Positions 55,183 through 64,000 of a stretch of 64,000 nt of DNA are shown one piece after another (within the stretch, counting starts at the first letter, position 1; every line of letters begins with the position of its first letter). The notes under the pieces are model-generated. The model saw nothing but the letters and a program-made list of their open reading frames with translations, ran no database searches and had not been told where the DNA came from. A program made the translations under genes and the position numbers. Source of the stretch: Octopus vulgaris (lineage: Eukaryota). The stretch covers positions 93,930,001 through 93,994,000 of the forward strand of contig OX597820.1 in assembly GCA_951406725.2 (NCBI GenBank), written 5' to 3'.

Positions 55183-55232
55183 GCATATATATATATATAT
55201 ATCGAAGATAGTGATGCAACATATATACATAT

Positions 55233-55449
55233 ATTCTTTTCTACTCTAGGCGCAAGACCCGAAATTTTGGGGGAGGGGTCCAGTCGATTGGATCGACACC
55301 AGTACGCAACTGGTACTTAATTTATGAACTCCGAAAGGATGAAAGGTACAGTAGACCTCGGCGGAATTTGAACTCGGAACGTAAATACAGACGAAATACC
55401 TCTAAGCATTTCGTCCGGCGTACTTACGTTTCTGCCAGCTCACCGCCTT
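55233..55449 (-). mobile_element. SINE family A
   Basis: cccgaaattttgggggaggg...ccgaaaggatgaaagg...gacctcggcggaatttgaactcggaacg...tctgccagctcaccgcctt. Confidence 0.88.
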
Positions 55450-55849
55450 ATATATACATGTATTCATACATACATTACACGCACGAACACACGTACACAC
55501 GCACAAACATAAATGTATGTATGCATGAATGTATGCATGTATTTGTATGTATGCGCGCGTGTAAATATGTGTATAGATATTTAGGCATATAGAGATAAGT
55601 AGATCGATAATTGATCACAGTGAATAAGAGAAAACGAAGTTGAGAGAGAGAGGGTGGGTGTAGAGAGATATAGGGAGTGTAAGTTGAGAGTATATATGTG
55701 ACAGGAAAACGTGAAAATGAGAATGGCGGGAAAATAAAGAGAATATTAAGCAGAGTTATGGTTGTAGATGGAACGTAAATGATAGATGATCATTGCTGCA
55801 AGCTTCAGGTGGATGAATCACCCAGTACGTAAGCACATTTCCGTTGACC

Positions 55850-56110
55850 TATCTACTCTTATGTGTATGTGTGTCTGTAATTGTAGCAGTATGTGATGTG
55901 GAGAATGCCATGATGATAAAACTAAGGGATATCATTCAGATAAAAACCGCAAGAATGCTCAGCCATGCGCTGATTATGTTCACGAAAAGAAAAGTGAGAG
56001 CCTCTCTAGTGTAGAAGGCAGAGTGGAAAGAGGTAGAGGACGAGGAAGACCTCCTGAGACTATGGAGGAGAACATAGCTAACATGGCCTTTTGAAAGTGT
56101 TGGATGGAAA
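55850..56110 (+). mobile_element. RTE-clade LINE 3' fragment
   Basis: 56014-56075 translates EGRVERGRGRGRPPETMEENI, matching the RTE C-terminal EGxxxGxRxRGRPxxxWxxxI motif. Confidence 0.6.
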
Positions 56111-56400
56111 CTGGATGGAAAGCTATAGTCACCTGATGCTACTTGGAACTAAACTAAGCTAAGCTACATGCATCAAAGACACACACACACGTGTGTGCGT
56201 GCGCGGCCATGTATATGTGTGTGTATGTATGTGTAAATATAATATGCATACAAACAGATCACAGATTCGTACACACAATGCTCACAGACACATACGCTCT
56301 TAGGCATCGAAACCGCAAGTATCCCTTAACGAATAGCAGACGAGGGGTATTTTTCGTACGCTTTCATCGTTTATGCTTTATATATATATATATATATATA

Positions 56401-56615
56401 GTGAGAACTTACAAAATAAAAAAGAAACAAACAAAAGACGAAGACGGGTGTGTAAACAACAAACAGATGCATTAGTTTAACGCTCGGGAAGTGAGAAAGT
56501 TCTTTTACGTTTCGGACCTACGCTCTTCGACAGAAAGGAACACAGAAATAAACAAGGAGAGAAAAAAAAATGGTTTAGTGACTCACAATCTATCATGGCG
56601 AATGCCGGACAGACA
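56401..56615 (-). mobile_element. Family P1 element (motif 56502-56537), (TA)n on both sides
   Basis: Homologous to 2864-3051; minus strand reads CUUU CUGUCGA A GAGC GUAG GUCC GAAAC GUA AAAG. Confidence 0.7.
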
Positions 56616-56647
<32 letters not shown>

Positions 56648-57184
56648 TCTCGACTGCAACAAAAGCGAGAAATTTAGAGCAGCAACGGAAAAATTCCTTC
56701 ACTTTCAATAAATAATGTCTACTTTATGTATTGAATAAATTTTATCATGTTTGTACACCTAAATATGTGTGTGTACACGCGCGTGTATACAAACGTATAT
56801 ATATATATATACGCACACATATATGTATACATATATATATAGGACGAGAAAGACAGACAATAAGACAGAGAAAGAGACAAACATGCAGAAGACTGAGTAA
56901 GACTAGCAGAGAAGAGTTATAGTGAAAGATGGAAATGGAAAAACAGAGAGAATCGTAGAATGGCTAGAGACAGACGGATTGTGAGAGATAGAAAGAGAGA
57001 AAGAATTGGTGTGTGTGTGTGTGTGGAGTGCGTGCGTGTGTGCGTGTGTGTGTGTATTATAAATAAATTAGGAAATAAATGAGACAACATGAAAATAGTT
57101 AATCAAATCCAAAGAAACCACAAACTGATTTCATACGAATTTCCTTCCTGTCATCTTTTCATCTTTCATCTCCCAATACCAATA

Positions 57185-57310
<126 letters not shown>

Positions 57311-58128
57311 TATTAGCATCCAACCATCACTAACAACAACATTATCCCCACAACCACCACTACCATCATGCCATACGCTAAATACACAACTCCAACCACT
57401 CCCCCATTAGTTCATCACATTACCCATTGGTATACTACCACTCCAACAATACAGACTCTTTACTCCACCCCATCCATTAACATTATTATACCAGCACACT
57501 CACTACTATCACCTACATCTCTTTACACCACTACCAGCACTGCACTAACGCCACAACCCCACTAGCACGAATTTGCAACTCCACCGTACCACCATCACCA
57601 CCACCACTACCACCACCACTCTTTCTACAGTGCACATTGCCACTGCTACATTCTCCACATTCCCGGAGACAGTAACACCCACACACCCACACACACACTC
57701 AGACATCATTAGTACCATCCACCCCACTCCCACACATACACACAACACACGCACACACACCTCCATCACAACCACCACCACCACCACCAACACCTACATC
57801 TGAACAGCTGTTTCCAACATACCACCTGCACTGTTTTTGAACAAGAAACTAGCTATCGATCGCTATCTCCAGCAGCCAAGACATCGAAGATCGATACCCC
57901 GTTCATCCTCCTTCAATAGTGCCATATAGTGGCTTACTTCCATTACGTCACTGCTTCACCTAGCTGCTGCTGCTGCTGCTACTGTTCTTACTGCTCTTGC
58001 TGCTGTTGATGATGGTGCTGCTTAGATATTACATTGTTAGAAGGAATCCATTCTACTTGTCTGTCTTTGAGTTCGATTTTGATATTTTCACCATCGGCAG
58101 CAGTTGGGTAGCAACTAAATATTTACGT

Positions 58129-58166
<38 letters not shown>

Positions 58167-58199
58167 TGTGCATGTGAGGTACATATACAGGTATGATTG

Positions 58200-61171
<2,972 letters not shown>

Positions 61172-61814
61172 ATATGTATACTTATAATTTTGGATATACA
61201 TGTTTACATATCTATATAAAATGCACGTAAGCACTAATTTAGATTTACCTGGGGACTAGATAACAAAAACAGTAACAGTTACCAGCAAAGATAGATCTAA
61301 TACTTGTCGGTTTTCAGGCTTTCTTTGTTTTCTTATATAATATAGTAAATGTCCACTTAACCAACTGCGATGTCATTTTAAATGACTCGATATTCTTTTT
61401 GGTTCCGCTATATCAGCTAAGTAAGCCAGCACTTAACCATATATTCTTTATGCAGAAGGCACTCCTGGGAAATTTTTACAGCATGAAATAATGGGTCCTT
61501 TATGACTATCAAAATGTAGTATTTGAGCAATGGTTTGATAAAAAAAATAAATTGAAGTAGCAGAAGCTTTAAAATTAACCAGAAAACCGATATACAATGT
61601 GAAATACATGAGCTTCTGATATCGGAGCTTTGCGTACAGGCCCTGAATGCTTTAGAGCTGGAGCGATATATTTTTTAGTTGTTAAGATATTATAAATACA
61701 ACCAAGCGCTGGCAGTGTTAAAGCCCCCAAGGAAATCTAGGAGATACAGTCCTTTGTTTTATGTCAAACAACGTTTTTTTAAGTATAAGGTTATTTAGAC
61801 AGTAAGAAGGAAAG

Positions 61815-61874
<60 letters not shown>

Positions 61875-62089
61875 AAAAACATTTACATATTAAACTATAG
61901 ACGTTCAAAATAAGATTACGTGAATTCACACACACAGTAATTAAATGCATCCTTTAGATTAACTAAAACTGTAGTCTGTATGCTTCTACTTACTATCCTC
62001 CCCAATCTTTCCATACCATACATCATCCACACACAAGCGAGACATTAAGTTGATAAGCAAAGACCTTGAGAGAATCTTCGAGGAGAGAT

Positions 62090-62700
62090 GTAGAGCATGC
62101 CAACCTTGCCTTTTTAACATTAAAAAACTTCAAGCCCTATTCATATCAGGAAAGATCACAGCACCACACGCTCTCTTACCATGAGCTAGAGTTCTCACAA
62201 TGGCTCCAAATACTGGGCCTCATTCTCACAGAATATTTCTTCAGGCCAAAACACATCTCTAGCCTAGTTAAGACTACATTCCAACAAACTGGCCCTTCTC
62301 TTTAAAGCCAGAAAATATTTTATCCCGCAGAATCAGTAGCTGACATTCTAAACGGTTCAAATGAGATTCCACAACAAATTACTACGCTCATATCGAGGGC
62401 AAGGCTACTATGTACATTGATATCATGGAACGAATCCAGAGAAGGGCCACTCGGTTCATTGGTAACGACTAACAGAAACGCTTGAGCCATTCCCATGTTC
62501 TTTCTTTGTCCTTTTTATGGTTATTGTGATGAACCCTGCTCTTCGAAACTGTCTAACCTCACCCTCAGTAGTCCCCGAACCACTTATCTTTCGACCCCAC
62601 GTCATCCTTGTTGCATCCAAACAGTCTTTTCTTCAAACCATTATACTCAATTTTTTGTTTCCAAAATAGGGTCTCTCCGACTCTTTTCCTTGCTTAGGTA
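62090..62700 (+). mobile_element. Decayed CR1/Jockey-group LINE ORF2 C-terminal region
   Basis: Across frames: LQILGLILT...KHISSLVK..KLALLFKARKYFIP...IMERIQRRATRFIG...FYGYCDEPCSSKLSNL, matching the post-RT consensus HIxxxAKxASxKLGxLxRARxYF...LDRIQRRAxRxIG...FYRYYxGxCSxEL. Confidence 0.8.
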
Positions 62701-62739
62701 TTTCCAGCTAGAGTCCCAGAAGGCTTGCAAGAGGCACAA

Positions 62740-63240
62740 TGGGTTCTGTCCCTTTATCCAGACTCAGTAACTCTCCCCACCCCTTCACACGTGACCAACG
62801 GCCATCCATCTTTCTTTGTTCCACTGCCTTCCTAAAGACAAGATGTGCTTTTACCTGTCTCTTCTCAAAGCTCGTTTTTCCAACGTTCACCGCTTCACAT
62901 CATCTTGACTTAACAACCCTCACCGTTTGCTTTTACTGTTTTATTCTCACTGTCCTGTTTTTGTTACCACTTTCACACTTCGCAAAAAATCCCAAATTTT
63001 ATTTAATTTGCTTTGCGGGAAGGACAGTTTTTAAGAAGTCGTGTCTTGTCCCTACCTTCGAAATGCGGACTAGATAAAACAGGGGACAACTGATGAAGGG
63101 AATGTTCTTTATGTTGCCTGTCTCATTTCTCTGTTTCTTTCGATGTTCGAAAAAAAGTTTCTGTTTTTGTTTTTATGTTCTCGTTTCTCAGTATCTCAGT
63201 TTGTTTACATTTTGTTTTTGATGTCCTGTACCTATATATG
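62740..63240 (+). mobile_element. Possible Penelope-like 3' end / terminal repeat, decayed
   Basis: Weak KLVF...S(G)LNN resemblance to the PLE terminal LIFxLxTLxPxGLN motif, a ctgatga core at 63090, T-rich tail and abutting (TA)n. Confidence 0.3.
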
Positions 63241-63560
63241 CATGTATATATACATACATATGTAGGTATGTACATATATATATATATATATAGTAGAAAT
63301 ATGTTACGAAAAGTAAATATAAAATACACGTGGAAATGTAAGGGTAAAAAATAAAAAATCAACGAAAATGCATATTGCAGATAGAAAAAGGCTATTTATG
63401 ACAGGTAGTGATAAATATATACATATACATTTAGATTGACTGAGGTAGTAATACGAGTCATAAAGGTCATTATTATGAGATAATTATAAGATGATAATAA
63501 TAATAAAGTAAGAGAACAAAACGAACCAATTGGTTTACGCAAAGGCTATTCATCGTTTGA

Positions 63561-63626
<66 letters not shown>

Positions 63627-63630
63627 TAAC

Positions 63631-63925
63631 TAGCAACCCGTCGGTTACGACGACGGGGATGCCAGTTGATCTTATCAACAGAAAGCCTGCCAGTGAAATT
63701 AACATGCAAGTGGCTGAGCACTGCACAGATACGAGAACCCTTATCGTAGTTCTCAGTGGGATTCGACGCGACGCAGAATGTGACAAGCTGCCCTTTGAAA
63801 TACATTTTCGCCAGCTGAGCAGACGGGAGCAACGTGAAATAAAGAGTTTCGCTCAAGAATACAACACGCTGCCAGGAATCGAACTCCCGACCTTGCGATC
63901 GTGAGCTGAATACTCTAGCCACTAA
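63631..63925 (-). mobile_element. tRNA-headed SINE (family C head, different tail)
   Basis: Minus strand: tagtggctagagtattcagctcacgatcgcaaggtcgggagttcgattcctgg...gttgtattcttgagcgaaac...ctcagctgg. Confidence 0.85.
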
Positions 63926-64000
63926 ATAATCACAACATATGTATGCACATATACCGAAGCCAGTGTAATCATATCTCTCTACATATCTTCTTTATACAAT

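Noticed and set aside
63041-63125. Type III hammerhead (GUC-ttgtccct...ggggacaa-CUGAUGA)
   Set aside because: Stem I and CUGAUGA are present but no correctly placed GAAA follows a stem II, so the core is incomplete

Overview
AT-rich eukaryotic non-coding DNA packed with microsatellites. The tRNA-derived SINE families and repeat density look like an octopus (coleoid cephalopod) genome; this is recognition by eye, not a database result. No intact cellular gene, rRNA, true tRNA or CRISPR array is visible, and almost all ORFs in the track are translated simple repeats. Supported content: many copies of at least three tRNA-headed SINE families and a (CAA)n-tailed dispersed repeat; decayed CR1/Jockey-group and RTE LINE fragments; a Tc1/mariner (maT/DD37D-like) transposase remnant; and a Penelope-like (Neptune-type) GIY-YIG endonuclease ORF at 53.8-54.4 kb. 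The most interesting signal is a set of short, (TA)n-flanked Penelope-type terminal-repeat elements, several folded back as inverted repeats, that carry type I hammerhead ribozyme (HHR) motifs with palindromic minimal stem III. These include one intact-looking HHR (30335-30421, minus), one reconstructable from two inverted arms (45.6-46.3 kb), and a four-copy family with a conserved non-canonical CUGU(A/C)GA core. There are also weak candidates for a minus-strand spliced transcript and two similar CRE-containing regulatory modules. Repeat boundaries are approximate.
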